Shown here in pieces: positions 17,238 through 26,403 of a DNA stretch of 46,192 nucleotides (position 1 is the first letter of the stretch; every line of letters begins with the position of its first letter). The notes beneath the pieces are model-generated. The model did not search any database. It saw only the letters and a list, made by a program, of their open reading frames with translations, and had not been told where the DNA came from. The stretch is from Solirubrobacterales bacterium (GTDB lineage: Bacteria > Actinomycetota > Thermoleophilia > Solirubrobacterales > Solirubrobacteraceae). The translations under genes and the position numbers were made by a program. The stretch spans positions 1 through 46,192 of the forward strand of contig JAFMRN010000001.1 of the NCBI GenBank assembly GCA_017354065.1. The letters are read 5' to 3'.

Positions 17238-17735
17238 TCAGGGCACGATCACCGTGATCGGGGCGTCACGCGCGTTCGACAGCCGGCGCCCGAGCGACCC
17301 CGCGATCCGGTGATGGAGCTGTGTGGAGCGGCCCACGGCGATCACGTCGGCGCGGACACAGCGGGCGATCGCCAGCAGCTGATCGGCGGGGTCGCCCTGG
17401 CGGTGGATGAAGCGGACCGGGACTCCGAGCTGCGCGCCGGCCTTGGCCGCCGCGGCCTGAAGCTCGGCCGCGCGGTCACGCACGGCGGCGTCGTTGCTGG
17501 CCAGGTACACGCTGGTGTCGAGGCCGGCCACCGCGGTTGTGGCAAGTCCCATGTCGGCCACGTAGCTGACGAACACCGCCACGATCTGACCATCGGTGCG
17601 CTGTGCCTCCCCGGCGGCCCACCAGAAGGCGTCCCAGGACGGTCGCGAGCCATCCAGTCCGACAACCGCCGTCGGCCTGTCGCCGTCATGCACCGGCACG
17701 CCGGTCTCGGTATCGGATGGGTATGTGCTGTCCAT
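17238..17735 (-). CDS. Universal stress protein (USP)
   Basis: VVGLDGSRPSWDAFWWAAGEA, GDPA, DVIAVGRS...IAGSLG, VIVP. Start ATG 17735 with GAGGA RBS, just after the MarR stop. Confidence 0.88.
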   Translation of the reverse strand: MDSTYPSDTETGVPVHDGDRPTAVVGLDGSRPSWDAFWWAAGEAQRTDGQIVAVFVSYVADMGLATTAVAGLDTSVYLASNDAAVRDRAAELQAAAAKAGAQLGVPVRFIHRQGDPADQLLAIARCVRADVIAVGRSTQLHHRIAGSLGRRLSNARDAPITVIVP

Positions 17736-17739
17736 GTCC

Positions 17740-18186
17740 TCAGCTACCCAGGGCATCGTTGATCTCGACCAGGCGGCTGAGCACCGGCAGCGCGTCGTGC
17801 AGACGGCGCTTGTCCGTCTCGTCGAGGTGCTCGTAGAGCCGGCCGAACAGCGCCAGCCGACTGGCGTCGCGCTGGTTGAAGAGCTTGCGGCCCCGGGGGC
17901 GGGCTACTACGCGTACCGCACGGCGGTCGGCCGGGTCCGGTTCGCGCGCGACCAGTCCGTCGCGTTCCATCCGCGTGATCAGCTGGGTCATGCCCGGCTG
18001 GGTCATCCCCTGCATGTCGGCGAGTTCGGAGATGCGCATCGCGTGCTCGCCGATGACCCCGTTGAGGACCCCCAGTTCGGACAGCGTCAGGCCCTCGGTG
18101 TGGGGCAGGGTCACCATGAAACGCATGAAGTCGGACAGCACGCCGACCGTCTCGGCGACCTCCGCTGACGGTGCCGTAGAAAGCAT
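17740..18186 (-). CDS. MarR family transcriptional regulator
   Basis: MRISELA...TQPGMTQLITRMERDGLV.REPDPADRRA. Leaderless arrangement TATACT-N6-ATG. Confidence 0.92.
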   Translation of the reverse strand: MLSTAPSAEVAETVGVLSDFMRFMVTLPHTEGLTLSELGVLNGVIGEHAMRISELADMQGMTQPGMTQLITRMERDGLVAREPDPADRRAVRVVARPRGRKLFNQRDASRLALFGRLYEHLDETDKRRLHDALPVLSRLVEINDALGS

Positions 18187-18191
18187 AAGTA

Positions 18192-18204
18192 CAGTATATA
18201 ACTG
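18192..18204. promoter_or_regulatory. AT-rich near-palindrome over the marR -10 (putative autoregulatory operator)
   Basis: CAGT-ATATA-ACTG. Confidence 0.45.
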
Positions 18205-18261
18205 CCAAATGTAATTGGGGGCGCCGGAGGCGGGCGGGTGGCGACGGGTAGCCTGCGGTTC

Positions 18262-19266
18262 ATGTCAGACACCGCGCAACGGCTGCTGGACGCCCAGGTC
18301 CGGTTCTTCCTCACGCAGCTGGAGCCCGAGCAGTTCAACGCGTTGCTGGAGCCGGAGCTCGATCACGCGCTCGAGCTGGCCGGCGAGCTTCAGCTGGAGC
18401 AGGTCGTCACGCGTGAGCAGATCAAGGCGACCGCGCGCAAATGGGCGGTCCAGGTCCGGGTTCCGGGATCGATCCCGGAGCTGGCGTCCGAGATCGCGAA
18501 CCGGCTCTACAACCACCCCGCCCAAGCGGAGAACCGGCTGGATCAGGTGGTCGCCGCCCAGCACGTGGAGGCGTTCACGGCCAAGTTCCTGGAGCTGCCG
18601 CTGGTACAGGAGCGCCTGTTGGAGAGCCCGCTGATGGTTGAGATCGCCTCGGAGTGGCTGTACCGGCTGGCGAGCGACGCGATCTCCCAGAACCGGAACC
18701 TCGCGGGCCGGGTACCAGGCCTCAACACATTGCTGGGGACCGGTGAGCAGCTGCTGGGCGCGGTGGCGCCGGACGCCTCAGCCGAGTTCGACGTGCGCCT
18801 GCGCGAGCTGGCCGAGCCCATGGCGCGCGTGCTGCTGAGCCGCAGCAAGCACGCCCTGGCCGGCAACACTCATGAGCCGTGGGCGCGGGAGACCGTGGTT
18901 GAGGCCTGGCGCGAGCAGTCTTCCCGGCCGGTCAGCTCGCTGCGCTCCTACGTGACCCAGGACGACCTGGAGGACCTGCTGGTTCTGGTTTACGAGTTCT
19001 GGCTGTCCCTGCGTGAGACCGAGTACGTACACGTGCTGATCGCCGACGGTGTCGACTTCTTCTTCGACAAGTACGGCACGGCCAGGCTGCTTGAGCTGCT
19101 GGGCGAGTTCGGCGTCACCCGCGCGGACATGCTCGAGGAGGCCCGCCGCTTCGGACCGCCGGTGTTGGCGCTGCTCAGGGAGAACGGCATGCTCGAGCAG
19201 CTGATCCGGCGCCGGTTGGAGCCGTTCTTCGAGTCACCGGCGGCGCGCGAAATTATCGGGGACTAG
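18262..19266 (+). CDS. Hypothetical all-helical, acidic protein
   Basis: Long ORF with typical codon bias. TAGCCT-N7-ATG leaderless start at 18262. No motif recognised. Confidence 0.8.
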   Translation: MSDTAQRLLDAQVRFFLTQLEPEQFNALLEPELDHALELAGELQLEQVVTREQIKATARKWAVQVRVPGSIPELASEIANRLYNHPAQAENRLDQVVAAQHVEAFTAKFLELPLVQERLLESPLMVEIASEWLYRLASDAISQNRNLAGRVPGLNTLLGTGEQLLGAVAPDASAEFDVRLRELAEPMARVLLSRSKHALAGNTHEPWARETVVEAWREQSSRPVSSLRSYVTQDDLEDLLVLVYEFWLSLRETEYVHVLIADGVDFFFDKYGTARLLELLGEFGVTRADMLEEARRFGPPVLALLRENGMLEQLIRRRLEPFFESPAAREIIGD

Positions 19267-20473
19267 TCCGGCCCAGTTCGGCCCGCGCGAGTGAGGCCTT
19301 GTGGACCTCGTCCGGACCGTCGGCAAAGCGCAGCGTGCGGATCCCGGCGTAGGCACGCGCCAGCGGGAAGTCCTGGGAGATGCCGGCGGCGCCGTGCACC
19401 TGGATCGCCTTGTCAAGGATCCACTGCACGGTGGCCGGCGTTGCGATCTTGATCGCCTGGATCTCCGTGTGGGCGCCGCGGTTGCCGACCGTGTCCATCA
19501 GCCACGCGGCCTTCAGCACCAGCAGGCGCAGCTGCTCTACGCGGACGCGTGATTCGGCTATCCAGTCGCGGATGACCCCCTGGCGGGCCAGCTCCTTGCC
19601 GAACGCCACGCGCGAGGCGGCCCGCTGGCACATCAGCTCGATAGCCCGCTCGGCCAGCCCGATTGAGCGCATGCAGTGGTGGATTCGCCCGGGCCCGAGC
19701 CGCGCTTGGGCGATCGCGAAGCCGGCGCCCTCATGCCCGATCAGATTCTCCGCGGGCACCACGACGTCGCTGAAGCGCAGCTCCGCATGGCCGCCGTGCT
19801 GGTGGTCGTCATAGCCGAACACGCGCATCGGCCTGAGCACCTGCACGCCCGGTGTGTCACGCGGCACCAGGATCATCGACTGCTGGCGGTGGCGGTCGGC
19901 GTCCGGGTCGGTCTTGCCCATCACGATCAGGATCTTCGCGTTGGGGTTCATCGCGCCGGTGATCCACCACTTGGAGCCGTTGATCACGTAGCGGTCCCCG
20001 TCGCGTTCGATCCGCGTGGCGATGTTCGTCGCATCGGATGAGGCCACGTCCGGCTCGGTCATCGCAAAGGCGGACCGGATCGATCCGTCGAGCAGCGGAT
20101 CGAGCCAGCGTTCCTGTTGCTCCGGCGTGCCGAACTGGTCGAGCACCTCCATGTTCCCGGTGTCGGGCGCGGCGCAGTTGATCACCGCCGGCGCGAGTTC
20201 CAGGCTGTATCCGCTCAGCTCCGCCAGCGGCGCGTATTGAAGGTTGGAGAGTCCGCCGCCGCGCTCACCCGGGAGAAACAGGTTCCACAGGCCGCGGCGC
20301 CGCGCTTCGGCGCGCAGTTCAGCCAGCACCGGCACGCTGTCCCAGGCCCAGCGGTCAGTCGCCGCGTCCAGCTGCTGTTCGAAGCGCGTCTCACTCGGGA
20401 CGATCTGGTGTTCCAGCAGCTCGCGGAAGTCCTCAATCCGCTCCTGGGTGAGCTTGTCGTGCGCGAAATCCAT
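19253..20473 (-). CDS. Acyl-CoA dehydrogenase (ACAD10/11 / LvaC-like)
   Basis: [53 protein letters not shown]. Confidence 0.93.
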   Translation of the reverse strand: MDFAHDKLTQERIEDFRELLEHQIVPSETRFEQQLDAATDRWAWDSVPVLAELRAEARRRGLWNLFLPGERGGGLSNLQYAPLAELSGYSLELAPAVINCAAPDTGNMEVLDQFGTPEQQERWLDPLLDGSIRSAFAMTEPDVASSDATNIATRIERDGDRYVINGSKWWITGAMNPNAKILIVMGKTDPDADRHRQQSMILVPRDTPGVQVLRPMRVFGYDDHQHGGHAELRFSDVVVPAENLIGHEGAGFAIAQARLGPGRIHHCMRSIGLAERAIELMCQRAASRVAFGKELARQGVIRDWIAESRVRVEQLRLLVLKAAWLMDTVGNRGAHTEIQAIKIATPATVQWILDKAIQVHGAAGISQDFPLARAYAGIRTLRFADGPDEVHKASLARAELGRTSPR

Positions 20474-21487
20474 TTACATCGCCTCCAGGCCGGCCTGTAG
20501 CAGTGTGTCGATCGCGTCGCCCAGGCCCTCGAAACCCTCGCCGACGGTTTGGCCCTGGAGGAAGCGGTAATGGATCCCCTCGAGGATGCTGGCCAGCTTG
20601 TATGCGGCGAGGCCCAGGTAGAAGCCGAACTGCGACATGTCGCGCGGGCTGGCCGCGCGGTAGCGGTCGATCAGCTGCGCTTCAGTCGGGAAGCCGGGCG
20701 CGGAGGCCGAGTCGGAGACCAGGTTGTTTGCCATCAGCTTCGCCAGCCGGTCATACATCACCATCAGCGCCAGATCGGTCAGCGGGTCACCGAGCGTGGC
20801 CATCTCCCAGTCGACCACGGCACCGATCTCGTCGTCGGCTCCGACCAGCAGGTTGTCCAGGCGGTAGTCACCGTGGACGATCGCCGGGGCGCTGTCCTGA
20901 GGGACGTTGGCCGCCAGCCGCCCGTGCAGCTCCTCGGCCAGGGGCAGGTCGCGGCTGTGGGAGGCCGCCATCTGCTTGCGCCAGCGCTCCACCTGACGCG
21001 CGAGGAACCCGGCCGGGCGACCGAACTCGGACAGGCCCACGGCGTGCGGGTCTACCCGGTGGAGCTCCACCAGCGTGTCGATCATCCGCTCGGCGATGGC
21101 CCGCGTGCGCTCCGCTCCCAGCGCTTCCAGCTCGGATGCCCAGCGGTAGGGTCGTCCCTCCACGCGCTCCATCACGTAGAACGGCGCGCCGATCACGCTC
21201 TCGTCCTCACACAGCGCCAGTGTCCGGGGCACCGGCACACGCGTGTCGGCCAGTGCCGACATCACCCGGTACTCGCGGCCCATGTCGTGCGCGGTGGCCA
21301 GCACGTGGCCGAGCGGCGGGCGCCGCAGGATCCAGCTGCCCTGGGCAGCGTGCAGCTCGTAGGTGAGGTTTGACTTGCCGCCGGTGATCAGGCTGGCGCT
21401 GGCGGGCTCGAACTCCAGATGGCCGCCCGCCCAGACACGCAGCTGCTCCAGGTCCAGTCCGGGTGGGTCCTGCTGGTTCGTGCTCAT
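20474..21487 (-). CDS. APH-like phosphotransferase (ACAD10/11 kinase domain / LvaA-like)
   Basis: GGKSNLTY, LRRPP...AHDMGREY, HGDYRLDN, DWEMATLGDP. Abuts the ACAD start. Confidence 0.92.
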   Translation of the reverse strand: MSTNQQDPPGLDLEQLRVWAGGHLEFEPASASLITGGKSNLTYELHAAQGSWILRRPPLGHVLATAHDMGREYRVMSALADTRVPVPRTLALCEDESVIGAPFYVMERVEGRPYRWASELEALGAERTRAIAERMIDTLVELHRVDPHAVGLSEFGRPAGFLARQVERWRKQMAASHSRDLPLAEELHGRLAANVPQDSAPAIVHGDYRLDNLLVGADDEIGAVVDWEMATLGDPLTDLALMVMYDRLAKLMANNLVSDSASAPGFPTEAQLIDRYRAASPRDMSQFGFYLGLAAYKLASILEGIHYRFLQGQTVGEGFEGLGDAIDTLLQAGLEAM

Positions 21488-21502
21488 CCGCCCCGATTGT
21501 GC

Positions 21503-21523
21503 CGCGCGCCTATTAGGCGCGCG
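21503..21523. terminator. GC-rich inverted repeat after the GS-HQ reductase stop (terminator or operator)
   Basis: CGCGCGCCTA-T-TAGGCGCGCG; no U-tract. Confidence 0.4.
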
Positions 21524-22462
21524 TCAGCCCAGGTGCTCGCGGCCGGGCGGCGCGTCGAAATCCAGCTCCGGCATCACGGCCACGATCCCCAGCGGGTTCA
21601 CGGTCGGATGCGTGCCGTAGTAGTGCCGGCGGATCTCCTCGAAGTCGACCGTTCCTTTCACGCCCGGCCACTGGTAGATGTCGCGGCAGTAAGGCCACAG
21701 GTTCGGGTATTCGGCGAGCTTGCGGACCGAGCACTTGAAGTGGATCTGGTAGACGGCGTCAAAGCGCACGAGCGTCGTGAACAGGCGGATGTCCGACTCA
21801 AGCAGGCGGTCGCCGAACAGGAACCGGCTGATTGCCAGCCGCGCATCCAGCTCGTCGAGCTTCGCGAACAGCTCCCGCACGGCGCGCTCATAGGCCCGCT
21901 GGTTCTGGGCGAAGCCCGCCTTGTAGACGCCGTTGTTGACCGGCTCATAGAAGCTCTCAGACAGCGCGTCTATCTCGCTCGCGCGCTCAGCCGGGTACAG
22001 CTCAACGGGGTGCTTGGCCAGCGGCGCCAGCACGGTGGAGAGCATCCGCAGGATCTCTGAGGACTCGTTGTTGACGATCCGGCCGTGCTTGCGATCCCAC
22101 AGCACCGGGACCGAGACCCGGTGCCTCCCATCCGGGTCGCTGGCCAGGTACGCCTGCTCGAGAAACTCGAACCCGTTCAGGGGGTCCACATAGGCCCCGC
22201 CGGTGAAGGCCCAGCTGCGCTTGTCCCGGATCGGGTCGACATATGAGATCGAGATCGCGTCCTGGAGGCCCATCAGCTCCCGCGCGATCATCGTCCGGTG
22301 CGCCCACGGACAGGCGCGGGCGACGTACAGGTGATAGCGCCCGGCCTCCGGTGTGTAGGGCCCGTCGGTGGTGATCCACTCGCGGAAGCGGCTGGGCGGG
22401 CGGTTGAAGGAGCCGTCATCCTTGCCCGGCCCTTTGGGGATCTCCCAGTTGGTGCTGGCCAT
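21524..22462 (-). CDS. Glutathionyl-hydroquinone reductase (YqjG/ECM4, GST Xi class)
   Basis: YHLYVARACPWAHR, VPVLWD...IVNNESSEILRML, NNGVYKAGFA, RFDAVYQIHFKC, HYYGTHPTVNP. Confidence 0.93.
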   Translation of the reverse strand: MASTNWEIPKGPGKDDGSFNRPPSRFREWITTDGPYTPEAGRYHLYVARACPWAHRTMIARELMGLQDAISISYVDPIRDKRSWAFTGGAYVDPLNGFEFLEQAYLASDPDGRHRVSVPVLWDRKHGRIVNNESSEILRMLSTVLAPLAKHPVELYPAERASEIDALSESFYEPVNNGVYKAGFAQNQRAYERAVRELFAKLDELDARLAISRFLFGDRLLESDIRLFTTLVRFDAVYQIHFKCSVRKLAEYPNLWPYCRDIYQWPGVKGTVDFEEIRRHYYGTHPTVNPLGIVAVMPELDFDAPPGREHLG

Positions 22463-22649
22463 GGCGTCCTACGGTACAGCCGAACTTTGTGAAGACGCAC
22501 GTAGTTGTGTACCCGCTTGTCATCGGCTCGTAGAAACGTACCCCCAGATGGGGTTATAGATGGGGGTATAAAAGTGCGAGCCTGGCGGCGGTGGTAGTCG
22601 CAGCGCGGGGCCGGGCGCCGGCCTGACCCTGTGTGGATTCGCGTTTCCC

Positions 22650-22688
22650 TGCGCGCCAGCCGCGGTCCCTCCCCGCGACCGGCGCGCA
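22650..22688 (-). terminator. Imperfect GC-rich hairpin downstream of narK
   Basis: TGCGCGCC...CGCGG / CCGCG...GGCGCGCA, 9 nt after the narK stop. Confidence 0.4.
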
Positions 22689-22697
22689 AAGCTCTTC

Positions 22698-24224
22698 CTA
22701 GACCCGCTCTATGCGTCCGCGCATGTACGCGGCCCAGGTCAGCACCCCAAGTAGTACGTAGACCGCGCAGAACACCCACAGGGCGGGTACCGACCAGTTC
22801 TGGTTGGCGTGAGCTATGTGCGCCTTCGCGAGTGCCAGCGCGTGCTTGTTATGGATCGACGCGGTGGCCTTGGTCATCAGCGCGGTCGACTTCAAGGACG
22901 CCTGGCGGAAGACCACCTGGATCAGGAAGCCGCCGAAGGCACCGATCGACCCGGCGATGCCGATTACGGCCGCCGCCTGGCGCCGGTAGTTCGCCAGCAG
23001 CGGACCGCTGTCGTCGCCGGAGCGCCGGGCGCGCCTGACAGCCAGCGAGCTGAAGATTGCCGGGATCATCCGGTAGGTCGACCCGTTCCCCAGCCCGGAC
23101 AGCGCGAAGATCACGATGAAGGACGCCAGGAACAGCCCGAATGACCCGTCCTGGACGCCGATCGCGGCCGGCACCACGCACGCGGCCATGCCGAGGAACG
23201 ACACCAGCGTGACCGACGCTCCGCCCAGCCGATCAGACAGCCAGCCGCCCAGCGGTCGGGTCAGGGACCCGACCAGGGCGCCCAGGAAGGCGAAAGCACC
23301 CAGGTAGTTGGCGATGTCGGAGTGGTGGGCGAGGAACGCCGGGAACGTGTTCTTGATCACCAGCGGCAGCGCGAAGCTGTAGCCGATGAAGGACCCGAAC
23401 GTCCCGATGTAGAGCGCGGAGACGATCCAGGTGTGGGCGTTCCCGAGCGCCAGCTTGTATGCCTCGGTGTCGGTGTGGGCGGTAGACAGTGAGTCCATCC
23501 GAAACCACGCCAACGTCGCCGCGACCACGATGAAGGGCAGCCACACGAGCCCGGCGTAGGCCAGGTGCACGTGGTGAACCGGCAGCGCGACGGCCGCGGC
23601 GGGCACCCCGAGGATCAGGATCAGCGGGACCAGCAGCTGGGTCACCGCCACGCCGAGGTTCCCGCCGGCGGCGTTGATGCCGAGCGCCAGTCCCTTCTTG
23701 CCCTCCGGATAGAAGAAGGAGATGTTCGCCATTGAGCTTGAGAAGTTGCCGCCGCCGACACCTGCTGTGGCCGCGCAGGCCATCAACACCCACAGCTGGG
23801 TGCTGTGTGACTGGTGCGCGAGCCAGCCCGAGGGCACCAGCACAGCCGCAAGCAACGCGGGGATCAACAACAGCATCGCCGAGGTGAACGTCCACATCCG
23901 GCCGCCAAAGCGCGCGATCGCGAACGTGTAGGGGATCCGCAGCCCGGAGCCGATCAAGTTCGGGATCGCCGTCAGCCAGAACAGCTCCGGCACCGACAGC
24001 TTGATCCCGACGTTCACGAGGTTCACCGCGATCACCGTCCACAGAACCCAGATGCAGAAGCCCAGGTGCTCACAGAACACGGACAGCGCCAGATTGCGCC
24101 GTGCGATCGCCTTGCCCCGCTGTTCCCAGAAGACCGGGTCATCCGGCCGCCAATCCGTGATCCAGCGGCCTTTGCGCTCGGTGACTGCCTCAAGCGCTTG
24201 CGGTAGTTCAGTGGTCGTGCTCAT
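22698..24224 (-). CDS. narK: Nitrate/nitrite MFS transporter (NarK/NasA family)
   Basis: WRPDD..FW, LRIPY, GVGGGNFSSSMANISFFYP, AAGGNLG, TFGSFIGYS, GLGNGST, GAFGG. TAGCTT-N7-ATG start at 24224. Confidence 0.93.
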   Translation of the reverse strand: MSTTTELPQALEAVTERKGRWITDWRPDDPVFWEQRGKAIARRNLALSVFCEHLGFCIWVLWTVIAVNLVNVGIKLSVPELFWLTAIPNLIGSGLRIPYTFAIARFGGRMWTFTSAMLLLIPALLAAVLVPSGWLAHQSHSTQLWVLMACAATAGVGGGNFSSSMANISFFYPEGKKGLALGINAAGGNLGVAVTQLLVPLILILGVPAAAVALPVHHVHLAYAGLVWLPFIVVAATLAWFRMDSLSTAHTDTEAYKLALGNAHTWIVSALYIGTFGSFIGYSFALPLVIKNTFPAFLAHHSDIANYLGAFAFLGALVGSLTRPLGGWLSDRLGGASVTLVSFLGMAACVVPAAIGVQDGSFGLFLASFIVIFALSGLGNGSTYRMIPAIFSSLAVRRARRSGDDSGPLLANYRRQAAAVIGIAGSIGAFGGFLIQVVFRQASLKSTALMTKATASIHNKHALALAKAHIAHANQNWSVPALWVFCAVYVLLGVLTWAAYMRGRIERV

Positions 24225-24247
24225 CCACCGCAAGCTATGGACGCCCG

Positions 24248-24285
24248 GTCACCAGCCGGTGACGGGCATGTTTCGACACGATTAC
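24248..24285 (-). promoter_or_regulatory. GlnR box upstream of narK
   Basis: Minus strand GTAAT-n6-GAAAC-n6-GTCAC-n6-GTGAC; matches gTnAc-n6-GaAAc periodicity. Confidence 0.8.
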
Positions 24286-24941
24286 GGATCGAACCTGTAA
24301 CCCACCCGCCGCACGGTGTGCAGTTTGTCTGCGTACTCCGAGCCGAGCTTCGCGCGCACGCGCCGCACGTGCACGTCGACCGTGCGCGCGCCGCCGTAGA
24401 AGTCATAGCCCCAGACACGGCTCAGCAGCGCCTCACGGCTGAAGGCACGGCGGGGGTGAGTGACCAGGAACTTCAACAGCTCGTACTCCATGTAGGTGAA
24501 ATCCACTGGCCGGCCGTCGACTGTCACCTGGTAGGTGGCGACGTTCAGCTCCAGTCCGCCGACACGGACCACGTCACCGTGCTCGACGCCGTGCACGGTC
24601 CGGCGCGCGCGGACGATCCGCGCCTCCAGCTCGTTCGCCGAGAACGGCGTGACCAACAGCTCGGTCGCGTCCAGCACGCCGTTGCCCAACGCCAGCGCGT
24701 CGGAGTCGACGCTGACCACGACCGGCACGCCGGCGAGGTCCTCATCGTCGCGTAGGCGCGTGCACACCGACGTGTCGCCCAGTACCAGCGCAACCTCGGG
24801 GATGCCGCTGCCGGTGTCACTGGGCCGCAGCTCCGGTGCGTCAGAGGCAACCCGCCGCGGGCTGAAGCCGAGCTCGGCGAGCATGCCCGCCAGCGGATCG
24901 CCACCGTCGGCGTCAGGTGTGTAAATCCAAGCGTCACCCAT
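24282..24941 (-). CDS. glnR: GlnR-like OmpR-family nitrogen regulator with atypical receiver domain
   Basis: VWGYDFYGGARTVDVHVRRVRAKLG..TVRRVGYRF matches the actinobacterial GlnR wHTH. Flanked by GlnR boxes and nitrate genes. Confidence 0.8.
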   Translation of the reverse strand: MGDAWIYTPDADGGDPLAGMLAELGFSPRRVASDAPELRPSDTGSGIPEVALVLGDTSVCTRLRDDEDLAGVPVVVSVDSDALALGNGVLDATELLVTPFSANELEARIVRARRTVHGVEHGDVVRVGGLELNVATYQVTVDGRPVDFTYMEYELLKFLVTHPRRAFSREALLSRVWGYDFYGGARTVDVHVRRVRAKLGSEYADKLHTVRRVGYRFDP

Positions 24942-24947
24942 GGTGCC

Positions 24948-26264
24948 TCAGAGCGATCGCAGGTAACGGCGACGCTCGAACTCCGTGACCGTCCGCCGGT
25001 ATGCATCCCACTCTGCACGCTTGTTGCGCACGTACCACTCGACCAACCCGTCACCCAGCGTCTCACGCACCAGCTCGGAGTTGTCGAACAGGTTCACGGC
25101 CTCACCGAGGTTCTCCGGCAGCCGCGCGGCGGCGGCCGGCGCACCGTCATCGATCGTCTCGGCCGGCAGCTGGTAGCCGCGCTCGATCCCGCGCAGCCCC
25201 GCGGCCAGGGTCAGCGCGAACACCAGGTACGGGTTCGCCGCGCTGTCAGGTGAGCGCAGCTCGATCCGGGTCGCGCTCTCACGGTCCGGCCGACTGCCTG
25301 GGATCCGCACCAGCGCCGCCCCCGAGTTGGTCGTCCAGGTGATCCGCTCGGGCGCCTCAAAGCCGTCGGCCAGGCGCTTGTAGGAGTTGACCCACTGGTT
25401 GGTGACGGCGGTCAGCTCGGCGGCGTGTGCCAGCACGCCGGTCAGGAACGCGCGGCCGGTCTCTGACAGCGGCCCGTTGTCGGGGTCGAAGAACACGTTG
25501 CGCTCACCCTCGAACAGGCTCAGGTGCACGTGCATGCCCGAGCCCGACTCATGCTCCAGCGGTTTGGGCATGAACGTCGCGTACACACCCTGTTCACGCG
25601 CGACCTCCTTGACCACCAGCCGGAAGGTGGTGACCGCGTCCGCCATCGACAGCGCGTCCGTGTGGGCCAGCTTGATCTCATGCTGGGAGGGGGCGACCTC
25701 ATGGTGGGAGGCCTTCACCGGGATGCCCATCTGCTCGAGGTAGTCGATCGTCGCCCTGCGGAAGTCGGACCCGTCATCCAGCGGGGTCAGGTCGAAGTAG
25801 GCGCCCTGGTCGAGCGGGACCGGCGGGCGTGTCGGGTCGTCCTCGTCCTTGAACAGGAAGAACTCGATCTCGGCGCCGACCGACAGGGTTAGGCCCAGCT
25901 CAGCCGCGCGCGAGAGGACCCGCGCCAGCGCATGGCGTGAATCGCCGGCGAACGGGGTGCCGTCCGGCAGCCTGATGTCGGACATCATCCGCGCCACGAC
26001 CGAGCCGGGACGCCACGGAAGCACCTGGAAGCTGTGCGGATCGGGATGGGCGATCACGTCGCGCTCGGCCAGGCGCGCGAAGCTCTCCAGTGCCGAGCCG
26101 TCCAAGCCGACGCCGTCTGACAGCGCGGCCTCCAGCTCGGTCGCCGGGATCGCAAAGCTCTTCAACAGGCCGAGCACGTCGACGAACCACAACCGCACGA
26201 ACCGGACGCCGCGTTCAGAGACGGTCCGCAGCACGTACTGACGGTTGGCGTCGGTCAGCTCCAT
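24948..26264 (-). CDS. Glutamine synthetase family protein (GlnA2-like)
   Basis: YVLRTVSERGVRFVRLWFVDVLG, EIEFF, HHEVAPSQHE, GSGMHVH, NSYKRL, RIELRSPD..ANPYL. Start ATG 26264. Confidence 0.9.
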   Translation of the reverse strand: MELTDANRQYVLRTVSERGVRFVRLWFVDVLGLLKSFAIPATELEAALSDGVGLDGSALESFARLAERDVIAHPDPHSFQVLPWRPGSVVARMMSDIRLPDGTPFAGDSRHALARVLSRAAELGLTLSVGAEIEFFLFKDEDDPTRPPVPLDQGAYFDLTPLDDGSDFRRATIDYLEQMGIPVKASHHEVAPSQHEIKLAHTDALSMADAVTTFRLVVKEVAREQGVYATFMPKPLEHESGSGMHVHLSLFEGERNVFFDPDNGPLSETGRAFLTGVLAHAAELTAVTNQWVNSYKRLADGFEAPERITWTTNSGAALVRIPGSRPDRESATRIELRSPDSAANPYLVFALTLAAGLRGIERGYQLPAETIDDGAPAAAARLPENLGEAVNLFDNSELVRETLGDGLVEWYVRNKRAEWDAYRRTVTEFERRRYLRSL

Positions 26265-26299
26265 GGGCGCGAGCGTGTCACCAGCGGGCGGCGATGTCT

Positions 26300-26338
26300 T
26301 TGGACAAATGTCGAAGCCGACCTGTTGCATATGTCCAA
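26300..26338. promoter_or_regulatory. Wide-spaced inverted repeat (putative second regulator site)
   Basis: TTGGACAAATG-N17-CATATGTCCAA (10/11 match). Confidence 0.5.
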
Positions 26339-26343
26339 GGCTG

Positions 26344-26381
26344 TTCACGCGTTGTTCATCTGCACGTCGCTGTTGAGAAAC
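26344..26381 (+). promoter_or_regulatory. GlnR box upstream of nitrate reductase
   Basis: TTCAC-n6-TTCAT-n6-GTCGC-n6-GAAAC at 11-nt period. Confidence 0.68.
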
Positions 26382-26403
26382 CCCGGGGCTGCACGATCGT
26401 CAT

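Noticed and set aside
22510-22537. SigB/SigF promoter for the GS-HQ reductase
   Set aside because: The GTTT to GGGTA spacer is 19 nt, outside the usual range.
24948-26264. Housekeeping glutamine synthetase glnA1
   Set aside because: GlnA2-type N-terminus, shorter length, no adenylylation-site motif, and loss of the NRS arginine.
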